A DNA stretch of 64,000 nucleotides from a virus: the IMG/VR virus record IMGVR_UViG_3300047325_000170, positions 1 through 64,000 of that record. One strand, given 5' to 3'. Positions within the stretch are counted from its first letter, which is position 1; the number at the start of each line of letters is the position of its first letter. A model generated the notes under the pieces. The model searched no databases, was not told the origin of the DNA, and was given only the letters and a program-made list of their open reading frames with translations. Of this stretch, positions 37,886-47,818 are shown piece by piece. The translations under genes and the position numbers were made by a program.

Positions 37886-38275
37886 CTACGATTGGTTCGT
37901 CAGATCAACCACGGTTGTGTAGAGAGGGGCGGTCGACTGGACGGTTGGCTCTGTTACGCTGACGGCAAACATGATTGAGTTGAGATCCAGGGGCACGGCA
38001 TCAACGGTCACGTTCGAACTACTAAAGCGCCCGTCGTAGGTCAGGGCGCTTTGGATGTTCGATTCCCCAAGACTCCCGGTCTGCTGGTTATTGGGCATCC
38101 CGACGATATCGAGGAGGTTGGCCCCGATGGGCCACTGTGCTTGGTCTGGGTTCGAGGTAAGACACCGGTAGTTGATGTCTTGCATATCGATAGAAATGCC
38201 GCTGCCAACGACCAAGCCACCCTGGTAGTTGGGAATGAGATCTCCGGTGGGGGTAATCGCCAGATCGACCATCAT
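37886..38275 (-). CDS. Baseplate wedge / sheath-initiator protein (gp25/GPW-like)
   Basis: DLAITPTGDL...QDINYRCLT...IGANLLDIVG...IQSALTYDGRF; lies directly upstream of the J-like gene. Confidence 0.75.
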   Translation of the reverse strand: MMVDLAITPTGDLIPNYQGGLVVGSGISIDMQDINYRCLTSNPDQAQWPIGANLLDIVGMPNNQQTGSLGESNIQSALTYDGRFSSSNVTVDAVPLDLNSIMFAVSVTEPTVQSTAPLYTTVVDLTNQS

Positions 38276-38315
38276 GCTCCTGGGAGCGAGGATGTAGTCT
38301 AGCTACGTTCTCTCT

Positions 38316-38326
38316 ATCTTACCACA
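38316..38326 (-). promoter_or_regulatory. Extended -10 promoter candidate (TGTGGTAAGAT) for the baseplate/fibre operon
   Basis: TRTGn-TAAGAT about 40 nt upstream of the ATG at 38275; same core as the 10248 site. Confidence 0.45.
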
Positions 38327-38379
38327 AGGAAAGAAGCTGATGCTATGGCGAAGGAGGACCCTATCCGAAGTTGCCACCT

Positions 38380-38521
38380 CCTACCCTCTTATGCCCCGCC
38401 CCCATCTGTAGGGCGCCAGTTCTCATAAAAGAAACGTGGCGCCAGGATGTATGGGGTATGGGTACTAGCCAGAGGCACGAGGGCTTGGCCGACGCTTGCG
38501 CGCCGTAGGGTAAAGGGTAGC
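38380..38521. ncRNA. Structured intergenic element, ncRNA candidate
   Basis: Nested complementarity ctaccct/agggtag, ccccat/atgggg and ggcgcca/tggcgcc in one of the few large gaps of the structural region. Confidence 0.3.
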
Positions 38522-38525
38522 TTCT

Positions 38526-39383
38526 CTAGCCCCCGCCCGAAGTTCCTGCTGAGCTCAGGGCTGGTCCGATCCCCGGCACGGCGGAGAGAAGCAAGCTCTG
38601 GAGCTGGGTTCCAAGGACGGTGCCTTCGATGGAGGCGTTGTAGGCGGGCTGGAATTGGTATTTGATGAGAGGCTGGAGGGCTAGGCCCACCGGCCCGAGG
38701 GTGACGGGGAAGCCAGCCGCCTCGAGCAGCCCCGGGATCCCCTGCATGAGCATTTGGAGGAACATGATCGCCGCGAAGTTGAGCATCGGGAGCTTCTGCG
38801 GGGTCAGGGTGCAGTAGGTCTGGAAGGGGTCGGTGTAGTTGACTGCCCCGTCAATGGCCGAGAAGTCCCCGCCGACGGAGGAGATCGTGCTCTGGATCCC
38901 CGAGATCGTGGACTGAAGGGAGGTCAGACTTGAGATCCCAGGAACTGCGGCCTCCCCATACGCGAAGGCGTTCTGGAGCTCAGAGATCCCCGGCGGCATG
39001 TTGAATGTTGGGTTGAGGGCCGGGTTGAAGGGCGTGTAGTTCCAGAGTAAGCTGCCATTGGCGGCCTTGAAGTGGATGATCGGCGCCGAGGCGATGATGA
39101 CATCAGCATAGGTCAGGGCGCAGGTGGCATTGGTTCCCGCGTCATTCCCGATGAGGAGCATGCCCGCTTGCCCGGACGCAAGGGCCGCTTCCTGCCGACT
39201 GTCGTGCCCGTCGGTGACATAGCTGCGTAGCCGCAGGACTTGATTGGTCTGCGTGTTGATGATGCCCTGATCGTCGTCTTTCCAGTAGGCGCCCCGCGCT
39301 TCCACTTGGGTTGGAGGAAGGACACGGGTAAAGAGATCGGTGATGGCGAGCTGCCAGGGCTGGCTTTGAAGACCAAAAGACAT
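38526..39383 (-). CDS. Putative baseplate spike/assembly protein
   Basis: 285 aa, positioned between the SLT gene and the gp25-like gene; function inferred from synteny only. Confidence 0.5.
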   Translation of the reverse strand: MSFGLQSQPWQLAITDLFTRVLPPTQVEARGAYWKDDDQGIINTQTNQVLRLRSYVTDGHDSRQEAALASGQAGMLLIGNDAGTNATCALTYADVIIASAPIIHFKAANGSLLWNYTPFNPALNPTFNMPPGISELQNAFAYGEAAVPGISSLTSLQSTISGIQSTISSVGGDFSAIDGAVNYTDPFQTYCTLTPQKLPMLNFAAIMFLQMLMQGIPGLLEAAGFPVTLGPVGLALQPLIKYQFQPAYNASIEGTVLGTQLQSLLLSAVPGIGPALSSAGTSGGG

Positions 39384-40630
39384 TAGTCGGTCGTTCCTAC
39401 GGGGATACCGCTCTTGCTTCCAGCGTTGGTAGGATCATTATACTTCACTTCTCGCCGCTGGTTGATCTTCAGCTTCCCAAGCTCGGTTGAACGGGCCTGG
39501 TACTGCTTCCAGCTTCGTGCGACGACCACAAGGTAGTGGTCATTCTCACCATGGTCAATGGGCTTGTAGGGATCAGTTACCCCACGGCCGATGGAGGGAT
39601 TAACAATACCCGCTCCCCCATTATACGCGCGAATGATCCAGAGCGGATTCATATTTCCTGGTGAGTTGACATACTGTGTGATAAGAAGGTTGACGTAGGC
39701 AGCGCAACACCAAATACTCGTCGTTGCGTTGCGGGGATCTTTCTTCAGCGTGGGGTTCTTAGCAAAAGCGGCCGGGTAGGCATCGCCATTGAAGGTATTG
39801 GGCTCGAGCTGGCAGAGACCCATAGCTCCGGTGCGTGAAAGAGCTTGTGTGTCACCATGTGATTCATTCGTAAGGATTGCGGCAATGAAGTTCGGGTCAA
39901 TGTTGTAGGCAATCCCCGCTTGGTTGATGTCAAAACGGTAGGCATAACAACAGCAGCTGGGATCGCAGTTGAAGCCAGAGGCCCCATAGTTCATCCCGGC
40001 TGGGGTAAGGCTATTCCCGTCGAATGGGCCGCCAAACCCGCCGCCTGATGTGCCCGGCGCAGAGACGCCCGTATTGTCAAAACCCCCAACGAGGGTGGTA
40101 CTACCCGTTAAGGTTTGGGGCGTCGTCCCGGTGTTTTGGAGCTCAGCAATGACATGTTGCACGGGCGGGTGCAAGAACTGATAGGAGACCGGGGCGCACT
40201 CGGAGGGCTTCCCGCCATCGTAGAGGATCTTCACGGCGAGGGGTTGGCCCCCGTCCTTAAGATAGTGAATGAGATCGCTGCGACGACTTGCCTCGATGTT
40301 ATTGATATGCATCGGCAAGTTGTAGATCCACTTGTTCCCTTGTGGTGTACGAACTCGGACGTCGAGGAGAACGTCATCGTTCTGGAAGCCATCGACCCGT
40401 CCGAAGAACCCGGCGATGTAAGTCTCAAAGGATTGAATAGCGGAGGCGAGGGTGTACCAGAACTCTTGGGGCGTGTAGCTTGCGCCGGTGGTGAAACGGC
40501 TGTAGCTTCCTCCCGGTGGAGTCAGATAGGCCTCTCCCGTGTCGGGATAGAGCGTGACGCGGCGCGCGGGATCAACGACCTTCTCAAAGATCTCTTGTTT
40601 GAACTTGGTCCGGTTGTTGATCTGACTCAT
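39383..40630 (-). CDS. Tail-associated lytic transglycosylase (SLT domain)
   Basis: IDPNFIAAILTNESHG (catalytic E-S), SRTGAMGLCQL and RAYNGGAG motifs. Confidence 0.9.
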   Translation of the reverse strand: MSQINNRTKFKQEIFEKVVDPARRVTLYPDTGEAYLTPPGGSYSRFTTGASYTPQEFWYTLASAIQSFETYIAGFFGRVDGFQNDDVLLDVRVRTPQGNKWIYNLPMHINNIEASRRSDLIHYLKDGGQPLAVKILYDGGKPSECAPVSYQFLHPPVQHVIAELQNTGTTPQTLTGSTTLVGGFDNTGVSAPGTSGGGFGGPFDGNSLTPAGMNYGASGFNCDPSCCCYAYRFDINQAGIAYNIDPNFIAAILTNESHGDTQALSRTGAMGLCQLEPNTFNGDAYPAAFAKNPTLKKDPRNATTSIWCCAAYVNLLITQYVNSPGNMNPLWIIRAYNGGAGIVNPSIGRGVTDPYKPIDHGENDHYLVVVARSWKQYQARSTELGKLKINQRREVKYNDPTNAGSKSGIPVGTTD

Positions 40631-41065
40631 TTACTCTGCTCCGAGATGAACGTGGTCTGCGCCGTTATCGGTGAAGCCCTTCTCGCCAATCGCTGCGTAG
40701 TTTGCATCGGTCTGCGCGGCCCCGCCAAGTCCGATCTGATAGCACCAGACGGACTGGGCCGCAGCCGAAAGGAAGGCCTGGAACTTCGGATCGTTCTGGT
40801 CCATGTAGTCGCCCGCCGTCTCGGAATTCAAAGGCCAGCAATCAACGCAGTAGCCGTTCGCATGGGAGTGCAGGCCGAGGTAGGCATCGTTGGAATGGTC
40901 GGTGCGCACTGCCGTAATCTCAAGGTGGAACCCCTTCCCGAGGAGCTCGAGCAAGAGCGCGATGAGCCCCGTCTGTGTGAGGGATTCGTTGAGCAGATCA
41001 GACTTCTGGGTGCTGTCCTGGTAGATCAGCTGGGCGGCGAGTGACTCACGGGCTTGTAACGACAC
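40631..41065 (-). CDS. Peptidase M15-type (Hedgehog/DD-peptidase fold) Zn-peptidase
   Basis: HSHANGYCVDC (SxHxxGxAxD-like) and DHVHLG (HxH). Confidence 0.75.
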   Translation of the reverse strand: MSLQARESLAAQLIYQDSTQKSDLLNESLTQTGLIALLLELLGKGFHLEITAVRTDHSNDAYLGLHSHANGYCVDCWPLNSETAGDYMDQNDPKFQAFLSAAAQSVWCYQIGLGGAAQTDANYAAIGEKGFTDNGADHVHLGAE

Positions 41066-41098
41066 GAGACTTCCCCTTCACGGGAAGATCGGGCCTAA

Positions 41099-44000
41099 CT
41101 AGGTGCGCGTTGCGATATGGATGTGGGCACCGGTTCCACGATCAATAAACATGATCGTGCCATCTCCAACATCGGTCCCTGCGGGGGTCGTCAGTTCAGC
41201 GAGCTGGCCCGCATCGTAGTAGCTGTTCACACCGATCTGGGCGACATTGTATCGTTCGGCGAGACGAATGAGTCGCAGTCCAGCCGGAGGGGTTGCGGCA
41301 ACATTAATCATCGGCCCACCGTTCTCGCTGACGAGACCGATATCGATGGCCTGTCCCTTGTAGTGATAGGACCCCGTCCCCGCCCCGAGATCTCCATGGG
41401 AACGTGCTGCTGCTGCAGTCATATAGACCGAGATGCCGTTCTGTGTGAGGAAGTTTAAGAAGGAGATGATGTCATTGCTGACACCTTGGCTTGGCGGGGC
41501 GGTCTGTTGTGTGAGGAGCTCGGTCATAATCAGTGAGCTTTCCCATTGGTGCTTACTGATAATGGCCATACGCGAGGACGTGCTGTAGCTGGTTCCACCG
41601 CTAAGAAAGGTGACGGGATTGGCAACTGACCCGCTCTCCGTTGGAACAGCGATGCCGGCAACCGGAGCAACAATGACCGATTGCGCGGGCGAGGCTGTCT
41701 CTAAGCCCTTTGCGAGGGTGGCATGAACCATGTCTCCCCGTGGCTGAATGGCCCCCAATTGACGGAGCTTCTCTTTGTCCGCGTCACTGATCGTGAGCGA
41801 CGTATCTCCGGGGAGGGCAGCCTGTAGGACAACGGACTCCGAGTGTCCGTTCAGGCCTGCTTGAAGTTCCGCCCCGCGATACTTGAGAAAGACCATGACA
41901 AGGGAGGTCTGGTCGTCCCAGTACCGTGAGATCGCAGTCCATGCGTACCCAAAGATAATCTGGAAGATGACGTTCGCCGCAAGGCCAATGGGATTGAAGC
42001 ATGAGATGATGCGGGCTTCCATGAGGATCGGGAAGAGCTCTGCAGCGAGTCCTGCAAGGCGCCCACCGGCGACGGCGAGATCTTCGGTGACTACAGCTTG
42101 GATGCTCTTCTCACCGACTTGCCCAAAGGCATCAGCAAGGATCTCGGTGAGATCAGCTCCCGCGCCAGCAAGGGTCTTCGAGGTGAGGGTCGTTGACTCG
42201 CGGGTGAGGAAGTTCAGGACGCCGCGCTTGGCAATGACTTCCGCCGCGGTCCGGTTGACTGCTTGATCGAATGTCCCGTTCGTGAAGTTCAGGAAGTTCT
42301 TGGCAATGGCGTCCTTGATAGCCGCATCGAGGATCTCTTCGCCATTCTCGTCGATAGCTTCGGCAAGAACTTCGTTGATGATCTGGGCGGCTGTCTCACC
42401 GGAGACTTTCTCGACGCCAGTCTTCCCAAAGATTGACCGTGTCTTACTGACGGCATTGCTGATGTTCTGGGCGAGTTGCTGGTACTCGCTTGCAGTGGTT
42501 CCAAAAGATGATTGCACGGAGGTCGAGACACTTGTGCTTCCGGAGAGAACACGATTGAGCCCATCGAGGATGAGGTTGCGGATCTGATAGGTGAGGAAGC
42601 GGGGTTTGAACGTCGAGACCGCTTTGCCTCCGATCTTTAGTTCGTAGCCAGTCGGGGGCGGTTTGCTGCCGCCCTTCAGAAACGAGAAGATCCGCTGGGT
42701 GATGTTCTGCTTGGTGACCTTTACGCCAAAGTTGAAGAGTGACTGAGAGAATTGCTTGGTCCCTTGACACAGGGCCCACTTTGCTCCCAAGAGACTGACC
42801 ACGTCCGCCGCAAGGTAGCCGCCAAACCAGGCCCACATCGAGCTCCAGTAGTTCTCACCCTTTACTTCGCAGAGCATGTCCGGCTCAATCGAAGTCACAT
42901 ACCCGACATCGAAACCGAAGTGATGAGTGACCTTGCGCACTCCGCACAGTCCTCGCACGTCCGTGTAGGTGTCGTTGAGGTACATGATGTCGTAGGGCTT
43001 GACTGTCGGATCTCCAAGGACAAGCACCTGCCCTTGGTACATGAGCTTTTGGTAGTCACGCAAGATCGCGCGCGCCATCTGGCGCATGTTCTCCTCGGTG
43101 ATCCAATGCCCCATGCCGCCGGCAATCGAGAAGTCGGTGCCGGGGATCCCGATATTCTCTGCCCAGTAGCCGACAAGGTCGAGCCCCAAGCTCCCGATAA
43201 TGGCCGCCTTGGTTGGCGCAACGTCGAGACCAAGGACGTCGGTGTTTACAATCGCTGTCTTGCGGAAGGCCGAGGAGATCTGCCGGTCAACGGTCTGATG
43301 AACAGGCTTGGGCGTCGGGCGTGAGGACTGATAGCCCTGGCCGTTGTACCACATGGCAATGACGTCCGTGTAGGTCTCTTCGTCTGAGGCACGGATCGTG
43401 TTCGTTAAGAGGTTAGACGTTGAGCCATAGTAGTGGAACTGGCAGAAGGTCTTGGTCTTGTAGCCGACCGGGTAGCCGTAGAAGCGATCAAGCCCCGGGT
43501 CCGCTTGCCCGAGATCGTAGGCGGAGACGCGCTGGTAATCATAGCGGAACTGATAGTAGGGCGCTCCAAAGAAGAGGGTCGAGCGGTACTCGAAGGGCAC
43601 GACGGCCGCGACGTAGGGCGGGAAGTATTGTGCCATCGTGGAGATGACATCCCAGCAGGTCTTGTTCTTCGTGTACATGTTGAAGGTAATGCCCGGCGGG
43701 TGTGGGCCCATGAGTTGCGTCTGTCCCACGTCAGGGAGAGGCGGCGCGTCAAACTGTCCCGAGCTGGGATTGAACCCACCCTGGGCTGCCTTCGCTTGAA
43801 CGTTATCGATAGCCGTCTTTACACTGTAGGGATTGGCAATGACACCAGCGGCTTGCTGCGCAAAGTAGTTGACGCCAACTGCTGATGAGAAGCTGCCAAC
43901 TTCTCGGAAGAACTTCGAGAAGGGGGTGTAGATCGAGTAGACGTTCTCGCAGGTCTCACCGTATCCCGATGGGATTCCTTGGTTGAGCATGTTCGCGGTA

Positions 44001-47000
44001 TTGCCGACCAGAGCAGCCGCGATGCCCGCAACCTTGTACGTTTCCGCAAGCTTCGGTTGCCCTGCCGCTCCCGCAACCCCCGCCGCCGTTGTAAGACCAG
44101 CCTCGAGTAAGCCACCCGTAAGAAAGTTGATACCGGCGAGGGAGGCTTGGTACACATAGTCGGTCAGGGTCTTCGAGGGATTGGTGAACGGCGCCACCTT
44201 CCGGTAGGCGCTGATCTGCTGGGGCTGATTGATCACGTGCGTGTCAGGGTCGAGAACGTCGATGCCCTCAGGTCCATTGTCACCAATTGCGTCCCAGAAC
44301 TGGAAGAGGTAGGGGTTGCCGAAGTGGCTGATACCAATGGGGTTCTCGGCCCATGCGCCGCCTTGGCTTGCACTATAGATGTCGTGCTTGATGAGGTTCC
44401 AGAACTTCGTCCCAAGACTGTAGTCGTAGAGCTCTTCGCCGTGGGAGTTGAGCATCTGCCCAATGATTTCACGTGGCTCGTAGGTGAGATCCATCATCTC
44501 ACCGGTCGGCGCCTGACCGTGCACGAGACGGTTCCCATCAGCAAGGAGTCCCGGAAGGAAGCCGCGGTCGGGTCGGTTGATGGAGTTTGTCTCGGATTCG
44601 GCAGAGGGGATCAGCTTCGTGAGCTCGATTCCATCACCAACTGCGATGATCTGCACCCGCTCGCCGAGACCGACCTCCGCAATACGTCCATTGAAGAGGA
44701 CCGGGAATTTGGCGCCGTTTGAACCGTAACCCATGCGGATGTGGACGCGCACGCCTGGCGCAAGCATGACCTGACCTTGCTGCTTCTTGCGCTGTTCAAT
44801 TTGCTGCTGAACGACACTGTCCGTCCCGAGCAGCAGGCGGATCGGGTTGACGAATCCCTCGACCCAGCGATTGATGTTGTTGCGGATGTCGTCGGTGGCC
44901 GCAAAGACCTCGCCCATGTTGAAGCTTACTGCGCCCTTCGCCACGCTGAGTGCGGCAGTCCCGAGATTGCTGAGAACCGGGATCGTATCTCCGTTGTAGT
45001 TGTAGAGCGCTGAGAGCATATTTGCGCTCAGCTGGAACTGCGTGTAAGACGAGAGATTGCCGTAGGTGTTCATGATCTCAATGATGGCGGTATGCATCGG
45101 ATCCCGGCGATCATTGATGATGTCTATGGATTGGATAGCCTGGAGGGCATAGAGATTCGGCATGAGGTTTTGCCAGCCGATCTTCGGGCCTTCGTCCATG
45201 AGCTGAAAGACGTAGGTGGGGTAGGCTTGAACGAGCCGCCCCGTCATGTCGTGTTCCATAAGATCCCGAAGCATGGCGATCATACGCCCATGTTCGTCGA
45301 TCTGCTGTGAACCAACATCGACGGGATGGTGACTCTGAAGCGCCTGATTCAGGTAGGCTCGCGGGTCCTTCCCATCTTTTTTCTGTCCTAGGATCTCTTG
45401 TGCGGAGTCCTGGACCGCCGCCGGAAGTCCGGGGATTTTCAGCCAGGATGCCGTCCCGTAGTTCCCGGCATTGACACCATAGCTATTTTCTCCCGGGTGG
45501 GTAATCTGGACCGACTGCCCGTCGACCTGAAGCGTCGCTTGGTAGTTGCTTTGCTGCGTGACCGTGGGGGTAAACTGATTCGTAGCCGTTTGGGTGCCGT
45601 TGTTAATGGTCGGCATCGTTAGTGAGCCAACGAGATTGGTGTGGCCGCGCTGCGGACCTGATTCCCAGGCAGTCGACGGCCGCCCTTGATTCGTATTGTC
45701 GCTACCGGGTGCTGCCTCGGGAGCCGTTGCGCCCATCGCCTGAGGATCAACCCCGTAGAGACCGCCCGCCGGATGCTCATCAAAGAGAGACTGCCGAACC
45801 GCTTCGCTAACGGAGCCAGTGATGTTGAGAGCGATAGTTCCGTTCTGGTTGAGGGTGGAGATTTGGCTCGCGACCTGAGCAAGGTACGATGAGGTAGCCG
45901 CTCCGAGGGGGTTGATCGGAATGTTCAGCTTTTCGGCGAGGAGCTCGTTTGGGTAATCGATGTAGAAGTCAGGATCGACGAAGCGACCCTGGTCAGTCCA
46001 ATACTCCCAGCGCAGTTGCTGCATGGCGAGCTGCGCCTGTGCCTCACCGAGCTGCGATGGGTCGAAGATCTCTCCGTTCTGAAGAGCTGCCTGGATACGC
46101 TCGAAGGTCGGAAGCTCGAGGTCAGGATAGAGCTCGAGGTAGGCCATCTGTTCTTTTGCTTCCTGAATAGGCGCAGCCGCAAACCACGCATTGACCGGCC
46201 GACCGGTTGTATCGAAGCCATTGTTGCCCTTGTCACCGGTTGGTTGACGGGGGTCCTTGGCAGGGTTGTAGTCGTTGATATAGCGCTGCCAGAAGACATA
46301 GCGCGGATCGGTCCCGGCGCTGATGGGTCCAACTTCGCCCGAGACCCCTGAAGGCAACTGCTCGTTGATGAGCTGGGGCAGGAGCGCTGCGCCCTTCACG
46401 GCTTCAATACGGCGTTGATGACGCTCGAAAGAGATCATCTCAATCGCGACGGTAAAGATGTTGGGATAGCCCTCGACGGGTTCCGACACAATGTTCGTGA
46501 AAACGACATTATGCACGCCCATAAGGGAAGCGATCTCATTCTCAAAGCCAACAAAGCCGGCAACGAGTTCATAGCGTGCCTCGCGGGCATTGGTACGAGC
46601 GTATTCAACCATTGCCCGCACGGAGTCGAGTGCCGCGAGGGTCAGTGCGGTGAAGGTAACGGTGAAGCGAACTTCGCCCCCTCCCATGTGTTGGTAGCCC
46701 GGCGTCTCATTCGCTGGAGAGCGCACCATCACAAATGAGTTGTTGATCTCGGCCGAGATGCCGGTCATGATCAGGTCGGGTGTATCCCATGGACGCATCC
46801 GTGCCTTGGCGTCATCGGTGAAATTGGTGATTTCAGCGAGAAGGTTCTCGAGCGCTTCGTAGATCGAAAGCTTCTCACTCTGTGGCAAGATCTTCACCGC
46901 ATCGCTGAGGGCATAGGTCTGCCAGCGGTTGTACTGATCGTGAAGATCAGAGAGCCCCTTCAGCCATGCGCTGTCGACAACCGTGAATTGAAACTGGGCT

Positions 47001-47794
47001 GACATGGCGTCGAATGGTTCGCGAGTACTGATGAGGTAGGGCTGCGAAGCAGTCAGTCCATTAAAGGTCTGTTGTTCCGAGGTGGTAAGGGGGGCCGAGC
47101 TTGGAAGATCGGGCCATTTCGCACATACGCGCCACTGCCCCGGCAGCCATTCCGCATAGGCTTGCTGCCAGTACCAGCGTTGTAAGGGGTAGATGAAAGC
47201 GGAGTCAAACTGATAGGGCGGGATCGATGAACAGAAGGTGCCGATTTCGAGAGCCTTACACCACAAGACAACAGCAAGCGCGTTCGGGATCTGTTGTCCA
47301 TCCTTGGTACCGGCCCGGAGGAAGAGCCGCTCGAGCGCGAGGACATGAACCCCATTCGAATTGAGGTACGTGTTCGTGACGGGCAAGATGGGCGTGCGCT
47401 TGAATTGAGCAATCAGACTCGCGATACTGCGATTGTCGATAGGTGGCGAGCTTAAGTAGCCCCCGCTGACGCGACGATTATCGGGATTAGGATCAACTTC
47501 TCCGGTCGAGAGTCCGAAGACATCATAGGCACTCGTGACTTCAAACTCGATCTGGACGATCTTCTCCACAAAGCCGGTGGACATGACAATACCGCCCGTT
47601 GTCCGAGGGACCGGTTCGACGTGGTTGTTGGAGACATCCGTGAGAGAGATACGGTACGGCGGGACCGTCGCGGCAAAGTCTCCGATACGAAGGTAGTCTT
47701 CGTTACCGATGAGCTCCCCGTCCAAACTGCGGTCAAAGTTGATCGCGAGGAGCTGGGGGAAGTTCTCATCAGAAGGATAGCGGAGGAGAGGCAA
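41099..47794 (-). CDS. Giant baseplate hub-like protein with C-terminal M15-type peptidase domain
   Basis: 2231 aa. PGVRVHIRMGYG...LFNGRI and YQGQVLVLGDPTVKPYD...VRKVTHHF...GYVTSI are gp27/GpD hub-like. C-terminal GSYHYKGQAIDI...HIHIA. Confidence 0.75.
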   Translation of the reverse strand: MPLLRYPSDENFPQLLAINFDRSLDGELIGNEDYLRIGDFAATVPPYRISLTDVSNNHVEPVPRTTGGIVMSTGFVEKIVQIEFEVTSAYDVFGLSTGEVDPNPDNRRVSGGYLSSPPIDNRSIASLIAQFKRTPILPVTNTYLNSNGVHVLALERLFLRAGTKDGQQIPNALAVVLWCKALEIGTFCSSIPPYQFDSAFIYPLQRWYWQQAYAEWLPGQWRVCAKWPDLPSSAPLTTSEQQTFNGLTASQPYLISTREPFDAMSAQFQFTVVDSAWLKGLSDLHDQYNRWQTYALSDAVKILPQSEKLSIYEALENLLAEITNFTDDAKARMRPWDTPDLIMTGISAEINNSFVMVRSPANETPGYQHMGGGEVRFTVTFTALTLAALDSVRAMVEYARTNAREARYELVAGFVGFENEIASLMGVHNVVFTNIVSEPVEGYPNIFTVAIEMISFERHQRRIEAVKGAALLPQLINEQLPSGVSGEVGPISAGTDPRYVFWQRYINDYNPAKDPRQPTGDKGNNGFDTTGRPVNAWFAAAPIQEAKEQMAYLELYPDLELPTFERIQAALQNGEIFDPSQLGEAQAQLAMQQLRWEYWTDQGRFVDPDFYIDYPNELLAEKLNIPINPLGAATSSYLAQVASQISTLNQNGTIALNITGSVSEAVRQSLFDEHPAGGLYGVDPQAMGATAPEAAPGSDNTNQGRPSTAWESGPQRGHTNLVGSLTMPTINNGTQTATNQFTPTVTQQSNYQATLQVDGQSVQITHPGENSYGVNAGNYGTASWLKIPGLPAAVQDSAQEILGQKKDGKDPRAYLNQALQSHHPVDVGSQQIDEHGRMIAMLRDLMEHDMTGRLVQAYPTYVFQLMDEGPKIGWQNLMPNLYALQAIQSIDIINDRRDPMHTAIIEIMNTYGNLSSYTQFQLSANMLSALYNYNGDTIPVLSNLGTAALSVAKGAVSFNMGEVFAATDDIRNNINRWVEGFVNPIRLLLGTDSVVQQQIEQRKKQQGQVMLAPGVRVHIRMGYGSNGAKFPVLFNGRIAEVGLGERVQIIAVGDGIELTKLIPSAESETNSINRPDRGFLPGLLADGNRLVHGQAPTGEMMDLTYEPREIIGQMLNSHGEELYDYSLGTKFWNLIKHDIYSASQGGAWAENPIGISHFGNPYLFQFWDAIGDNGPEGIDVLDPDTHVINQPQQISAYRKVAPFTNPSKTLTDYVYQASLAGINFLTGGLLEAGLTTAAGVAGAAGQPKLAETYKVAGIAAALVGNTANMLNQGIPSGYGETCENVYSIYTPFSKFFREVGSFSSAVGVNYFAQQAAGVIANPYSVKTAIDNVQAKAAQGGFNPSSGQFDAPPLPDVGQTQLMGPHPPGITFNMYTKNKTCWDVISTMAQYFPPYVAAVVPFEYRSTLFFGAPYYQFRYDYQRVSAYDLGQADPGLDRFYGYPVGYKTKTFCQFHYYGSTSNLLTNTIRASDEETYTDVIAMWYNGQGYQSSRPTPKPVHQTVDRQISSAFRKTAIVNTDVLGLDVAPTKAAIIGSLGLDLVGYWAENIGIPGTDFSIAGGMGHWITEENMRQMARAILRDYQKLMYQGQVLVLGDPTVKPYDIMYLNDTYTDVRGLCGVRKVTHHFGFDVGYVTSIEPDMLCEVKGENYWSSMWAWFGGYLAADVVSLLGAKWALCQGTKQFSQSLFNFGVKVTKQNITQRIFSFLKGGSKPPPTGYELKIGGKAVSTFKPRFLTYQIRNLILDGLNRVLSGSTSVSTSVQSSFGTTASEYQQLAQNISNAVSKTRSIFGKTGVEKVSGETAAQIINEVLAEAIDENGEEILDAAIKDAIAKNFLNFTNGTFDQAVNRTAAEVIAKRGVLNFLTRESTTLTSKTLAGAGADLTEILADAFGQVGEKSIQAVVTEDLAVAGGRLAGLAAELFPILMEARIISCFNPIGLAANVIFQIIFGYAWTAISRYWDDQTSLVMVFLKYRGAELQAGLNGHSESVVLQAALPGDTSLTISDADKEKLRQLGAIQPRGDMVHATLAKGLETASPAQSVIVAPVAGIAVPTESGSVANPVTFLSGGTSYSTSSRMAIISKHQWESSLIMTELLTQQTAPPSQGVSNDIISFLNFLTQNGISVYMTAAAARSHGDLGAGTGSYHYKGQAIDIGLVSENGGPMINVAATPPAGLRLIRLAERYNVAQIGVNSYYDAGQLAELTTPAGTDVGDGTIMFIDRGTGAHIHIATRT

Positions 47795-47818
47795 CCAGGA
47801 AGCAGATCCTTTACGGGG

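Noticed and set aside
41070-41087. cttccc/gggaag hairpin between the hub and M15 genes as a terminator
   Set aside because: It has only a 6-bp stem and no U-tract. At most it sequesters the RBS of the peptidase gene.
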